This document shows positions 13,001 through 27,300 of a stretch of DNA of 64,000 nucleotides, in pieces. Position numbers and translations under genes: made by a program. Position 1 is the stretch's first letter. Each line of letters begins with the position of its first letter. The DNA lies in contig CM120643.1 of NCBI GenBank assembly GCA_051362555.1, positions 26,478,848-26,542,847 on the forward strand, given 5' to 3'. Origin of the DNA: Lingula anatina. Its lineage: Eukaryota > Animalia > Brachiopoda. Below the pieces are notes generated by a model. It did not search any database, was not told where the DNA came from, and saw nothing but the letters and a program-made list of their open reading frames with translations.

Positions 13001-16000
13001 TGCCTATGTTTTACAGTACTTCAAGAACAGACCAACCAAGGAGATAACCTGCTGGACATAATTACTTCATAACTATCCACTATCCTGACTAATAACATTG
13101 TCAATATTTGGTCAATTTTCATCAGATACCCTGGACCAAATTACCTTAATAAAACAAACCAGCAACATGTTATGTAACTGAATAAGCCACAGCCAAATTA
13201 CATAATTAAATACCAATACTTGCATTAAATGTCACATTAAGTGCATTTTAGATTGACTTAATGACCGCTGCATACATTATGACATCATCTTGACAAGTTT
13301 GCCTGAAGCAAGAAATTTCAAACAGAGCCGAACATTCATGTAAGTAACAGGCACCACTGTTCTTAAGTCTCAGTGAACTTGGTAGATTACAATGCTGGCC
13401 TTCTGACAAACAAAACAGCAAATTTTCAAATCACAGCAGAAAACATCACTTTAATTTAATTCAGAAGTCTGCCTTTCCAGACAACAAATTATAGTAAAAC
13501 TGATTATTTGAGCTTCTGTAAAAATGCCAAACTTTATAACCATGCTGGTAGGCCACAACCACAACTTACAGCATAAGGCTGGGTATCTGCTGAAAAAATG
13601 TTTTAGCATAGGGCAAGGGTCTCCTCATAAGATAACTGTGGCTTATATAAAATGCATTACTGTAGGTGAATGAAACGGATCCTTTGTGGTTTTGATATAT
13701 GCCACAATACTATTTCACTTCATGTAAAAATTGTTCTGATTTTAATGAAAGAAGGAAGATTGTGCTTTCCGTAAAGCAAAATGTGAGAAATGCAGGATAA
13801 TAAATCAATTTCTCTTAATTTTCTCTAAAAATAATACTGCAGAAATCCACAGTTCTCTCCCTCTGTCATCCACCTATTTGTGAAATCTCAAATCTAAAAT
13901 GTTTTTTTTTTTTTCTTTTAGCCAAAACAACTGCAGTTTAATCATTTTAACCATAGCAGATTCAAATAATATTATGCTAATTGACTTCCAATATTCACTT
14001 CATTTTGATGCAAAAAAATTGGCATCCTTTGTCTTGGGCTTCTTATCATTAAGGTCATAGCATGAATGTTTTAACATGGTAATGGAGTTTTGCTGTTATA
14101 CAGGCTTGTTCAGTTCAGGGTTACACATGCATAAAATAAAACATCCCCATGCTCCAGATGAAATTGCATAATTTCGAAGATAAATGAGTTGACTTTTCAG
14201 ATTAATGGCCTTCCAGATAAAAGAGAAATATCTTTTCTTTGTCCTGACAATCACGAAGATGAACTTCACTTTGTCTTTGCTGACAAAACATTGCACTAAC
14301 ATCAGACACTGAACATTATTTGCCGCTCTCTCATGTCTTTACATCAGTCTAACAATGATATATTGAAATCAAAAATGATTGTGTGATTTCTTGCAATTTA
14401 AAAATCATTATCAGACAAATGATCCAGTTTTGAAAGCAGTCCTCCATGCAAAGGCTTCTCTCTCTCAGCCATCACGCACTCAAAAGTAATAAAGAAGATT
14501 TAACAAGACGAATAAAAAAAAATCCGACAGGTCTGTTCCTCACATAAAGGTCACCGTTATCTATAGCTACAAATCTTCTCCTTTTACAGTGGCACCAGGA
14601 AATGAAGCGCAATAAAAAAGTCGGTACTCGTTACATCATACTGAGGTCATACAGATGCCAAATGGCCCCCTTTTCCTCATTTACAAAACATCTATTTTTT
14701 TTTCAAAGTATTTCCAGTACACTGCTATCTTCCAAGATACTAGTAACTAAAACATACACTGATTTGCAAAATAATAATTTGATCAGACTTTAAAAGCTCC
14801 CCCTCACTTCATAAATTCTGACAGATTTAAGACACTGAGGGGAGAGTATCACATAGGTGTTTATGCCCAAGGAGGGAGGGGGGGGGGGGGGTCTTTCACT
14901 TTCCCAGTGAGGTACAAAGAAGAGAGCCATCCCTAATTTACAACCCTTGCTAACAGTAGTGATCTAGGCCTAGATAAGACACTCCAGGTAATTCCGTCAG
15001 TATCTCACCTGTGACAGGTGATTTGCCCACTCACTGTTAATTAACTGACAGGTGGACATTATGTATGGACACCTCCTTGGTGTAGTGACCAGTGGTCAGT
15101 TATTATAGGAGCTTATTTGCTACAGGGCTATTCATTATATATAGATACCACATAACAGGTGTACTGTCACTGATAACAGATGAAAGGTGTGTAATTAAGG
15201 GAATATGAAACGTAATCTTCATGAATCAACACAAACATACATTATTCATTTCATCTTCACAGGGGTAGTTTGGAAATAAAGTTGTTCTCTCATGCTGGCT
15301 CCCTAAATAATGACTTTTAATTGAGTTTTGTTGCTTAAATAACTGTCATATAATGACTTTCTTTGCATCAATTTATCAGAAAAAAAATGGGCAGCTTAGC
15401 TTTAAAATTATAATTTCTACCAGGGATAAATTATATTCTACCACATTCTCCATGATATCTGTTTTATTCCCCATTCTTGTGCAATTACAAGCAGTTAATC
15501 AATGGCAGATAACACAACATAGATCTACACATTTTGAGATCTAAAGTTTTGACAACCACTGTTCTAAATCATGTCTCCTTGATCTCTGAAGAGGCATATT
15601 GTACAGCCATTCTATCCTCAGCAAACTAAATCTCTGCCTGCTACAACCAAGGCATAGCCTGCGGCAATGTGCCATGTTGTTCTTTTTGTACAGGATAACT
15701 CTGCAATCATGCCAACAATCCAGCCCCAATGACTCAGACAACAGAAAAATTGGGCCAACAATACAAACTAGTTACCAAAAATCAAGAGTCAACATGCAAT
15801 ATTTCCTGTGCACATGTTTACCCCTCTTCAACGCAACTAAAGACACGGTAACTCGATCGCATGTGGTTGCTAAACAAGAAAAAGATCGGGACAAAAGAAA
15901 TTAAATTGGTTTCTTTGTAGTTGTACCCTTGATGAGATTAATGGGCTGGAGTTAACGGGAGGGGATTGCGTTGGAGGATAGGGAAACCATGAATGTAGAC

Positions 16001-19000
16001 CACAAAATGAACAATGAAGCCTGAACTTTACCATCATTTCAAGCATCAAACCCTTTTGATGTACATCAGATTGTGCAGAAAGTTGTGAACGTAAAAAGAT
16101 TATACCAAGTAAAAATAGCATGGATAATACAAACATAAGGAGGCTATGGTAGTTTCATCACATTTTAGATATATTCTTTAACATAAAGTCATCAAGTTTT
16201 CAAAAACAGTCTCAGTTTGATAAGGGCTGCAAAAGGAACCTGCATTTACTGGGGTCTGTAGTCTGTATTTCAGACTTGCTGATCCACAGACTACTATAAC
16301 TGCCGCTGGGCCTATATTCCAGCTAACATCTACAGCTACCTGTCCAGGTGTTACATCTAATACACCTGACACAGGTAGGTATGTTACAGGCACACCTCAC
16401 ACCAGCTGCTGCCAAATTAACCTGTTTTCTTCTCCACTTGGCCATATTCCCCAGTCAAAGCATACTTGTAATATTATCACAATGTATCAACTATATAAAC
16501 ACATACTGATGCTCAGCATATATTATGCAGGTGCTTTTCACATATTCCAGATTTTTACATCAATCAAGTTTTTAAAAGGGTGAGATACATTTTTTATTAT
16601 TTCTTGTGTGATTATGTAATGTCTCACTTCCAGAGCCGAGGAGTCAGTCATGTGATCAAAGCCTCCTTTGATGAAGGGTTCAATCACCAAGCCTCGTGGG
16701 TAAAAAAAAACAAATCAAGTCTCTTCAGAAAAGCTGTACTATTTTTCCACCAGTTTTATGCAATTTCTAACTAAGTTTGGCTCTAAATATTCACACTGAC
16801 AAGCTGATCAAAACAGATATGTCATAAGCCACAAAGAAATATGGCCAGAGGTTTGTATCGATGGTTGGCCAGTGGTCAGTCTGACCCAAAATGTGCCCAT
16901 GATTCATCAACCACAGAAATAACCTACCAAGTTCAGATGAAAGCCTACATGCAACTCTCTAAAGACTACAGTTTCAGACAGAACATATAACTCACAGTTA
17001 CGTGTCACCGTTAAAAGTGTCACCCAAAAATGTCACACAGGATACAACGTTCAGGAATCTCAGGTGACAGGTAGGTTATGTGACAACACATAGGGATAAA
17101 ATGTTGCCAAATACCAATCACAACATTCACTTCCTTCTCCACTCACAAAAACAACAACTATGTCCTCTGCTAGGGTACAAAGGTCTTTAACCACTGACCA
17201 CAAATATAAATTCCAAGTCCATATTTCTTATTTGCTTTAGTAAATTTGATACATGGTTAGATATGTGATATCAGCCCCTGTTTGGATACATGTAAAAAAA
17301 TTGCAATCGCTTATGTAGGAAGTGACCTGTTGTCCCATTTATTTATTCAGTAAACACTAATAAATCACAAATATGAACAAAAATTTAAAAGGAAAATATT
17401 TAACACTCAGCCATTGATTAAAATGGTTGTAAGTTTTGAGAGGTGATCAGCTGGGAAGCATGCAGTAGTCACATGTGACATGAGGAAACCTTAATGGCTC
17501 TCCAATGTATGCCCTGACAGCTTTTCTGATCATCACAGCCTCTGTCCAGCACTAATGGGCTGTTATGGTGGACACATAGGAGGAAAGGCAATAGTTTTAT
17601 AGCTATCCTGGTGTCCAAGACCACTGCAGAATATATTACTATAGTAAACATTATCTTCTTTCAAATAAAAAACCTACAGACTATAAACTGAAGAGTATCT
17701 ATTTAATTTTTCAGGTACAAAGATTTTTTAGTCCGAAAGAATGAATTGAGCCGATCCACTGATTTGTGTGAGCCCCGTCTTAAATTGCAATGTTCAAGTT
17801 TCTTTCTCACAGGTTTTCAAAAAGTTCACCTCAATTGAATTCAAGCTGACACCAATCAGGAGTTGAAATCTACCAGAAAATAGCCCACAATTACCCAGAC
17901 TGATATTTTCCAATTTAATTTTGTCCAGAAGGGAAATCTTTGCTAATCATTTCTGCCCCAGTGAGGAGGGAAAGTCAAATATCCTCAGGGTACAGAAGCC
18001 CTGGACAGTAAACACCACCGACCCACAAAGACTGATGGATGCACACATGACCTGCTCTCACAAGGTCTAACTTGATACAGAAGACAGCCCTAAAATGCAT
18101 CATCAACCAACAAATTTAGGTCATCCTGTTTTGAACTCTGATGTCTGAGCTTCATTGAGACTTTTTGATGAACCACACATATGTACCGAGCAACCCAAAG
18201 CATAACTCTACCTAAATCCCTTGTTTATCTACATGGGTGTCTGATAACGTGTTTTGGGCTCATTTCCGTTTTAAGTTAGACTTTTTCTGAGCTGGCTAGT
18301 GTCACAGACATCTGTCACCATGTCAAATGCAGGGTGGTAACACGAGATGACAGTCACTGCAGCCATTCACTGTTCACCAAAATAATGACACAATAACAAA
18401 GACCACTGGAAATGGGCAACTCTCTTTATTGAATGATTTATCCTGAGATAATGAAAGACTTTTTGGTGAAATAGGTTAAATTGCTGATGTGATTACGATA
18501 CCCATTGTGGGTTCTCTACATTCTATATGCTGGCTGAGTTACTACTGTATTTGCCTTGACTGAATTGTTAGATTGGTGCAAACAATGACAACCTAACAAT
18601 AACCATTGGTGCCCATCTACAATCTGTCTGGGTTACAACCATGTTGTCCCAACACAATACAACATTGGTGTTTACAGTAACAACTTTCTACAGGTTACAC
18701 TTGCATACTCAACATCTATTGCCTCTGCTGTTACTATATATAGAAAACAATCCCTATAGTGAAAATGACCACACCACACAACAGCAACAATAGCCCCTGG
18801 CACTTATCTTATACATATAACTTATCTATTGCTTGGTCAAGCTTGGTTATCTAATGTCCAAAACAAGACTGACCAGGCACGTCCAGTTGCCATTCAGCCC
18901 TTTGATAACACCAGATTGTATGTAGGTAAATACTCTGATCACTTCACTGGCAGTGAACACTCTTCCATTTCAGTGAGATTGAAGATAAAAACAGATCCCT

Positions 19001-19511
19001 TTTCCAGTATTTATTTATCGTACGGTTGTACCACTTGAAAAATGACTGAGGTAACCATGATCAAAAATTCTCAAACTGTTATTACCCTAACACACATTAT
19101 TCAACAGACAATATGAGCTGTTTTATCTGCCAAGGTCATTATCTTTACCATATTCTGTTTTTTATTATAACGTCAAGGCTTGCTCATCTCTGGTAGAACT
19201 TTCCTTCCTTACATCATCAAGATCACATTACAATGGTAATGACTTCTTGGCTCATTTATAACTTAACTCCTGAGATGAGACAGAAATGGAGCTCAGGTGC
19301 TACTGATGGCAAATGCTGAAACTTCCATCTTTTTATGCACCTGAGACTTTGTCTTTATTATTGCATACTTCATGTGGTGTTCTTTGAGCCAATTCTAGAG
19401 GTAAGAAGAGAAAAAACTATGTTAACCGCAAGAAAGTTCAAATTCATTCCAATAATTTCATATCAAGATTAATGGTTTAATATCTCTCTCCAACACTCAC
19501 GCACGAAAACA

Positions 19512-19546
<35 letters not shown>

Positions 19547-22500
19547 ATCTAAAACAAAAATTGTACTTTGCAATGACATCATCCAGACAACAATGTGGGG
19601 ACTATAGCATGTCTTCCACAAGCCAGCCACCACAGTGAGAGCAGAGCAAGTCACCATTTCTTTCAGCGACTCTTTGTAAGCCAATTTTCCAACTCAAAAC
19701 ATCACAAGACATACACCAGAAAAAGCTGGCCATTTAACTTCCTGAATTTCCCATTGAACTTTGTCCTATGTGACTTCCACTGTTTTCTCTGCTGGGGCTG
19801 GGTTCACTAAGCTTTTAGCATTAAGTTCTTTAGCTAAAGCCAGTCCCAGGACTACCAGAGTTCTGTAGAACCCTGGCCAGAAGGCAACTGAAGTGTGAAC
19901 TGACACAAACTTAGCTGGAGACAGCCTGAAGAGCAACAAACAGAGCTTCTTTTCCAAGATAAAGAACTGTTTTTGTTGAACCTTAAAATCTGCCATCGTA
20001 AATTTTTCTCTAACTTAGCGAAATACACACCAAAGAATAATCTATTTAACCCCTCCTCCCCCCCAAAAAAGGGCAAATAAATAATGCAGTTAGGACACAT
20101 AAAGGAGCCTCCTAAAAGAAGTGGGGAATGGTGGAAGGGAGGGGGAGGGGGGGGGGGAGTCTCCACACCATATTGACCACCCTGTTGCTATGCAGTAACA
20201 CTGCTCAAATTACAGCAGTGACAAGCTGGGACATCTCACATCGCTCATTTCCCAAACCAGGGCACCTGGTGATTTGTTGCTGACTAGATCTGTCAGCAGG
20301 GTTTTTTCCTCTCTCTCTTTTTCATCACTTCCCGAGCAGAAGCAAGGGGTCACAGAACTTGGCAGGGACACAGATTTGGCTGCTACCAGAAAAGCTTCCA
20401 CTTTGTATGTGTGTTTTTAGCACTCTCATTAGTTCCCACTGGGCCCTGTTACTGGACGGCTGTGATCAGTGACTGGACATTCAACTGACCATCACATCAC
20501 AGACAACCACTATGGAAGTTGGGAGGGGTTTACAGATGAAAAAATCCCTGCCTAAATTGCTAAGCATACTGGTTTCCTATGTTTATCAGACCACATTGGA
20601 AAACAAAGGAAGTCTGTAATCTAATTTTGAAAGTTCTTAAAGTTACTGTGCTTACTCTGTTTTTTTTTTTTTGTTTTTTTTTGTTTTTTTTTTTTTGTTT
20701 TTTTACATGAGGCTCATTTTGGCCTCAATCTGTTCATTAAGGACCACAGGTGCCATGATGGAGGAAGATGGAAGAGAGACAGAAAACAACACGGTCAAGG
20801 AAGCTCTTGGTCAATCTGTTATTAATGTGCTCTTGGCATTTGCAAAGATCCACATATGCCAAAATTCCATTTTTTGCACTAGCTTGTTTTTTTGTGCTTC
20901 ACAGACCTAGACAGCCTTCCTGGAATTTAGCCTAATTTCTGCTGTAATAACAAACATTCGCTGAGCAATCTCACTCACCTATTGGGGGACCTGTCTGGCA
21001 TCTCTTACAACTCTAGTAATTGCCTCATATACCAACAATATTATCCAAATCTTTCAGCAAGAAAATCTCTCAACTTCATTTCTTCAAAGAACTGGACAGC
21101 ATTATCTTTGTAGAGCTAATATTTTCATATTTAACTTACTTAAAATTGGATGGTACTGTTTTTCAAATGATGGTATTTGCAGAAATTCTTCCTTCACATA
21201 TTAATTCAAAATGCAGTGTTCAATTCGTAGGCTTATCTCCTCACACTGTTACTGGCCCTGAAAAGGGCTTTTTGTTGTTCCTTTGTCTGCAATGCTATTG
21301 CCTACACTTCTGCCCATGTTAAAAGCATTCCAAGGTCAATAGCTTTTACTACAGAACAAACAGTGTATTTTGTTTGGGTCTGTTATCTTCTACCAATAAA
21401 ACCCCTATCAACTTTCCTCACAGGACATCCAGAAATCTATATCAATGTTTGACCAACAGCGACAACAAGACGCAGTGAACAGCCATGTCCACACCAGGGG
21501 GCACTTTAACAATGGGACTGGAGAGAGGAAGTCAGTAAAAACCCGTGACTTAAATAAATTGAAACTTTTCCAATACCATGTTTAGTTTGTCTTTTTAACT
21601 CGAATACTGGACACCTTAGGTCAATTTCCATCCACAAAACATCTGTCACAATGTGCTTCAATATTTCCAAGATTGGTCTGGGTCATTAGCGATATCTCGT
21701 CTTCAGTACAATAGGCCTGTTCTCTCATTTTGCAAGAAAATTAAAAAACACATGCATCTTTGGTTAACCTGTGGATGACTGAGAATAGATACTCATTTAA
21801 AACTCCTTGGGATTCAATATCTCTAAACAGATCATGATCAGATTGGCAAGGGGGCAGATAATTGCAAAATTCGATATCTGGTTCTGATAATTTGAAGACA
21901 AATCACATGAAAATCAACCCCTTAATCCAGTAATATCTGTATCTGCAATTTAAAAGACTGACATTCAATACAAATAATCTTTAATATGGCATTAACCTGA
22001 CATCAATCCTTGAGCCAACCAATTTCACTTCCAATTTGACATCTTTATTATCAGTTGCCATGGCGACTTCTACTTTTACTATCATTTTGGTCATACTGAA
22101 ACATATTACTATAATGATCCAGTGGTTATAATACCTAGTAGATGGTAATCAAGGCCATTACACTAACTGTTGAACAATTACCACAGAGATGACCAAATGA
22201 TTGCACTTAATAAAGGAGTGGACATATAATGACTCAAAAATGTTTTGGGATCTGCCTCAGTTTGAAGAGCTTTTGCCACACATTTACGTCAGAGAGCTAA
22301 AATATCAAAAGAGAGAAAATCAGAATCATTTAGTAACTGTGACAATAGCTGAAGGAAAAAATTATTCTTTTTTCATTTTTCAGCCCCAAATACATCTCAG
22401 TACTTCAAAAGGACTCCATTATTGCCAAAAAGCTCCGACACATACACTGTAGCATACACAATGTCTGTCTGTGTTTATCTTTCTTATTTTTTTCCACCCA

Positions 22501-24337
22501 ATTTGTCACAGATAATTATCTATCGACTTGTGCAACCATGCTTTCTCTCTCATAAAATATGGATGATTTTCTCTATAGAATATATTTGACTGGAGGCATA
22601 TGTTTGAAACTGAAGTTTCATGACATTAAAGTGCTTACAACTATACTTTGGAAAAGCTCAACCCCCCCTCTCTGATTTAGTTATTTTCACAAGGTAAAAA
22701 GCATATATATAATATATCTGGTATCATTCTGCAAGACATCAACAAAATAACTTTCTCCGTATCATAAAATAATTTTTACGATATTGGTAAGTACATTCTG
22801 CATATCAGACAGTTTCTATTATTTTCCTTTACATCTTGGCTCAGGTAAGAAAAGAAAAGAACAAATTCAGTTCTCTTATATCAGAGTGAAGGTGCAGCCC
22901 TTTTAGCTGCTTCCACATTCACCCTTCACAAATACACATATAGCAGATAAGTTTTACAGCTAGAATACCCTGCTGCCATGTAAATCAGCACTTATGTAAT
23001 GCAACAAAAGAGTAAAAAAACCAATCTCAGCACAGACTGCTATGGATCCAGGCCAATTTAGTCATGTTTCACAAACATTTGAAAGAACAATTTCCTTACT
23101 TTTTGGAACTAGGGGGTCTTATAATTAGCTTCCAAAACTTGTTTTTCTCCAAAATCATGATATCAACTTCATGTGGAGGGCTATCCAAGTTTAGCAGTCT
23201 AAGCATAGTCTAAATCCTGAAGATTACTTCTGCTACAAGCCCCAGCCATCAATGAAGCCATCAATATTCTACTACAATCGCTCTGCTGACGTACGCCATT
23301 GACGTCTTCAACTAAGACCAGGCGAACCTCCGCCCCCCCACTACCTGGCACTGTTCCCTGTGCTAATTAAACCTAGATTAACCAACTTGATGGAGAAACA
23401 AAAGAATCAATAACGTATCACCAGAAAAATTCTGTGTATGCCCCAGGAAAAACAGTCACCGCATTGATTTTTTTATCCCTTCTTTTTTCTCGCTCAACTT
23501 ACTGGTACATGATATGAAAAGGCTATAGCGTTATAAACTACAAAGCCTATTGCCTATCTGGGGTAATATTGGCTTTATTCCTTAGTTTACTGGCAAAGAT
23601 ATTGATTGCTCCTCCTACGACTATCTTGCACGCCATATCGGGGCACCAGAGCCCTGGATCTGGGCACTGAAACTCTAGCAATCCATTCTCAGGGCCCAAC
23701 AGTGCCAGGGTGGGGCCCAAATCACAGCATACAGGGCTCTTGCCTTCTACAGACAGGCACCATGTACTGAAACACAGTAGTTACAAACATCTAACAAAGC
23801 CTTTCTTCGTCAAAGGTAAATAACTGCTCTCTCTCTTATGAATTATTGACGGAGGTCGTATTGCTAAGTCTACACAGTGGGAACCCCAAGCGGGTGATGT
23901 TGTTTTTTTAAAAATGATAGAAGCTGGAAACATATTGATTGATAAGAGTGGAGAATGGTGTTCTGTATTTACAACTAGGAGATGACATTTTAGAGCTCCT
24001 GGTGAAACTGAGAGAAGAGCTGAAATCTGGTACTACTTTTGAATGGAAAAAAAAAAATTGAATTTTCCATGAGATGGCATAAGCTTTAAGATCTCTATGG
24101 CATCTTTTCCAGATCATTTCGAACCAGAAAATATTTTTTCAAAAAATAAAATCCATCATGTTTTACAACAAATTTTATTGATAGAAACATTTTCAGAAAG
24201 ACATACAATAAATCCAAATGAAGATGACAAATTATGACTGAAAGATGAACAATTTCTATGAGCATCCAACCCCCTTCTCTCTGTCTGGTTTTTGTTATTT
24301 CAAACAATGCAACAGGGACACATTCATAATTACTGTA

Positions 24338-24372
<35 letters not shown>

Positions 24373-27300
24373 TGTTAAGACATATGTGACTGCACCATCT
24401 GACCACGCTGTCACACATGCTAGATAATCAGTGAGGGTGGGACACTAAAACCCGCTTCACCTTTCTGATCCCTACGCATGATAAATGAAATTGCAGCCAG
24501 CCTTGAAGACTCCATATGCTGCATTCTGCTTTTTTTTTTTAACAAAATGTCCCCAAAGTGAAACTGGGTCAGGCATAACAACACATATACCCATGCTTGA
24601 ATACCGTCCTACAGTTTAATGTTATCTCCATACAACTGTACTATCAATATAACCCGTATAAATTTCCTTGAAGTGCTATTTAAGATGTGATAAATAGACA
24701 TTTTCGGTATCAAATGACTCAGATACACAGAAATTACATCAATAGAGAAATACATTATCCACATGGCATGATAAAAAATATGAAAGTACAGCTCACGTAC
24801 AATTCTTGAGCATAACAGGTTGTATGTGTTAATTTTCTTTTCAGTTTTTTCATTCTTGAAAGTGGAAGAAAGAGAAATTCTAACACGCACAGTCCACCAC
24901 AAAACTCAGCTTATAATCCCAGAAAAGATTTAACTAAATCCCATATAGTTTGCGAGCTTAACACCATCCTGTTTGTAGGTTATTACCGACTATCAAAAAT
25001 AACAGCCTACGAACAGTGTGAACATCATCTAGGCGTAATTTAACGACTGCATATTACGCCTCCGTGTTGGATTCAAGTCATGTTCACCCTGGCTGCCTGG
25101 GTCTTCTGCCTTGAAGCACTGTGACACTACCTCAGATAATGTCATTTTAATAGCTAAAGATCCCTGGAGCGCTACAACAGCCGGGCAGAAATAGTTTCAT
25201 GTACCTGTGATGTGTGATTAGTTAATCAAGTATTTCAGATGTTAATTTTTTTTACTGTTGTTGTAATGGTAGTGTTTGTTTAAAGTTTGAGTAGATGCTG
25301 AAGTTGTTGAATTTACTAGTAGTCCTCTCTAGAGTAATAGATAACAGGAAATGTTTATGCCATATATGCTAATCCGTCACGTCACGAGATGTTTTTGTGT
25401 TTAAGAGACAGAAAAAAAAAAAGAAAAAAAACTGACCCCAGTGACCAGTGTGCCTCCATTGTGGGCCTTACCACTGCTGTCCAGCATGGGTCAGTACACC
25501 TGGTCATCCATTTTCTACCTTGTTGACCTCTGTCATACCACATCATCACAGTGGTCAACTGATGGCCGATGTGAACAAATATTCACTTGTTAGCTGATAA
25601 GGACTTCAATTTGCTCGTCATGGGCTGAAGAACTGCCAAAGACAAAATTATATTTCTTTGTTGTGGGTGAGGGGGAGAGCGGTGGTATTGGGGGGGGGGG
25701 GGGGGGGGGTACAAGACAAATCTTAGCCTATGCCTGCCTGCCTGTCTGTCTGTCATATTATGTGTAGGAGTCTCCGATATTTCAATATTGGTTGCTGTAT
25801 TCAAAGACTAGAATAGCAAATAATGGAAATGTGCACATCAATTCATTATCTCAGGGCTAAAACTGGTAAAAACTGGTCAATGGCACACATATACACTCTA
25901 GTTCATCCAGGGGAATTGTGAAACATTACTTAATATTACCAATGCCACCACAGTACAAATTTTCAATTTGGCCAAAATAATCCAACGATACGAGAAGTGA
26001 AATTTCACCCAAGAGCAAACCCAGATATTGATAATTCCAACTGAAGCGTTTTCATTTAAACCCCCAACTCAGGGAAGCTTTAATATCTTACTCAATCTTT
26101 AATATACTGATGACCAAACAAATAACAGAAGAGAGGACATAATTTAACTAGCCCTGTCTGGTCAAGAGACAGACACCTGTAGGCACACCTGTCTGTGAAA
26201 TAGATCACGTCCACATAAAAGTGACCAGAATGACCAATCAACTGACCACTATCAAAACCACCTTCTAAGACAGGCACCTGTTACAACGGCCATATTACAA
26301 CCCAATAGTTAATTAGTTTGACATATTAAATTCATCCACTGATATTCCGTACTAGTATGTGACCTTCTTTGTCCAGCGTAAAATGACAAACATTGAAATA
26401 TATCAGGTGAAGAGGATAGGTCGTAATCTCTCTGGTCAACATTTTGGCTACTACTGACCACTGATAATGTGTAGTGCTTAATGACTGGACATAACGACCA
26501 AGGATGACCATGACATAACTTGTTAAATCCTGATACCACTGATTGGAGGACAGAATGACAAAGCAGGAATTCCTTTTGAGCAGTAAATTTTAAAGGGATT
26601 CCTTTAAACATATGCCAAAAAGATCTAAAACTTTTACCTGTTTTATGTAAAATTCACTGATAAAATTCAAGTTTTTACTTCAATCTGGCTAAAATACCCC
26701 ACCTATCTGACTTGATGTTATTATCCCAGGGTAGTTCTAACAAGAGGACATTTGTAATAATTACACACAACAAGAGTACCACCTTGAAAACTGCTAACGA
26801 CTCATGTTTTAATACATCAAACATTATCAAAACACAAGCCCATTTGTGCTCCCCAACAAGAGGCCATTAGGTAAATGAGTGGACACAATAATAAGAGAGT
26901 ACACCCAGGTTAAAGACTAGCATTAGGCCTATATAACAGGTGTACATGGTGAATAATGACCAGTCATTACAATGGGAACACATTAGTTAATCACCTCATG
27001 GCTTAGTGATCTTCAGCAATTAATAATATAGAGGTGCTGTACTTAATACCACAAACCCTATTATATAGACTTTACCACACCTTCCTTTTCCTTCAATCAT
27101 TTTACAGCATGCATACATTTTATAAGCAGTACACATGCACAGAGCATGCACATACGTGTATTCATAGGTCTATGTTACATTTCTCTGTAATGTCTCTAAT
27201 GGATTATCTTTTAAGCAAAATCTCCAGATCTGCTACAGAATTTCTCCCTCCATGGCAACTCCTAATTTGCCGATCTAAATCACAATCACAATTACTCAAT

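Noticed and set aside
14872-14891. G-tracts (also about 20140-20158, 25690-25709 and a C-tract at 35383-35403) as G-quadruplexes
   Set aside because: Simple homopolymer runs with no evidence of function
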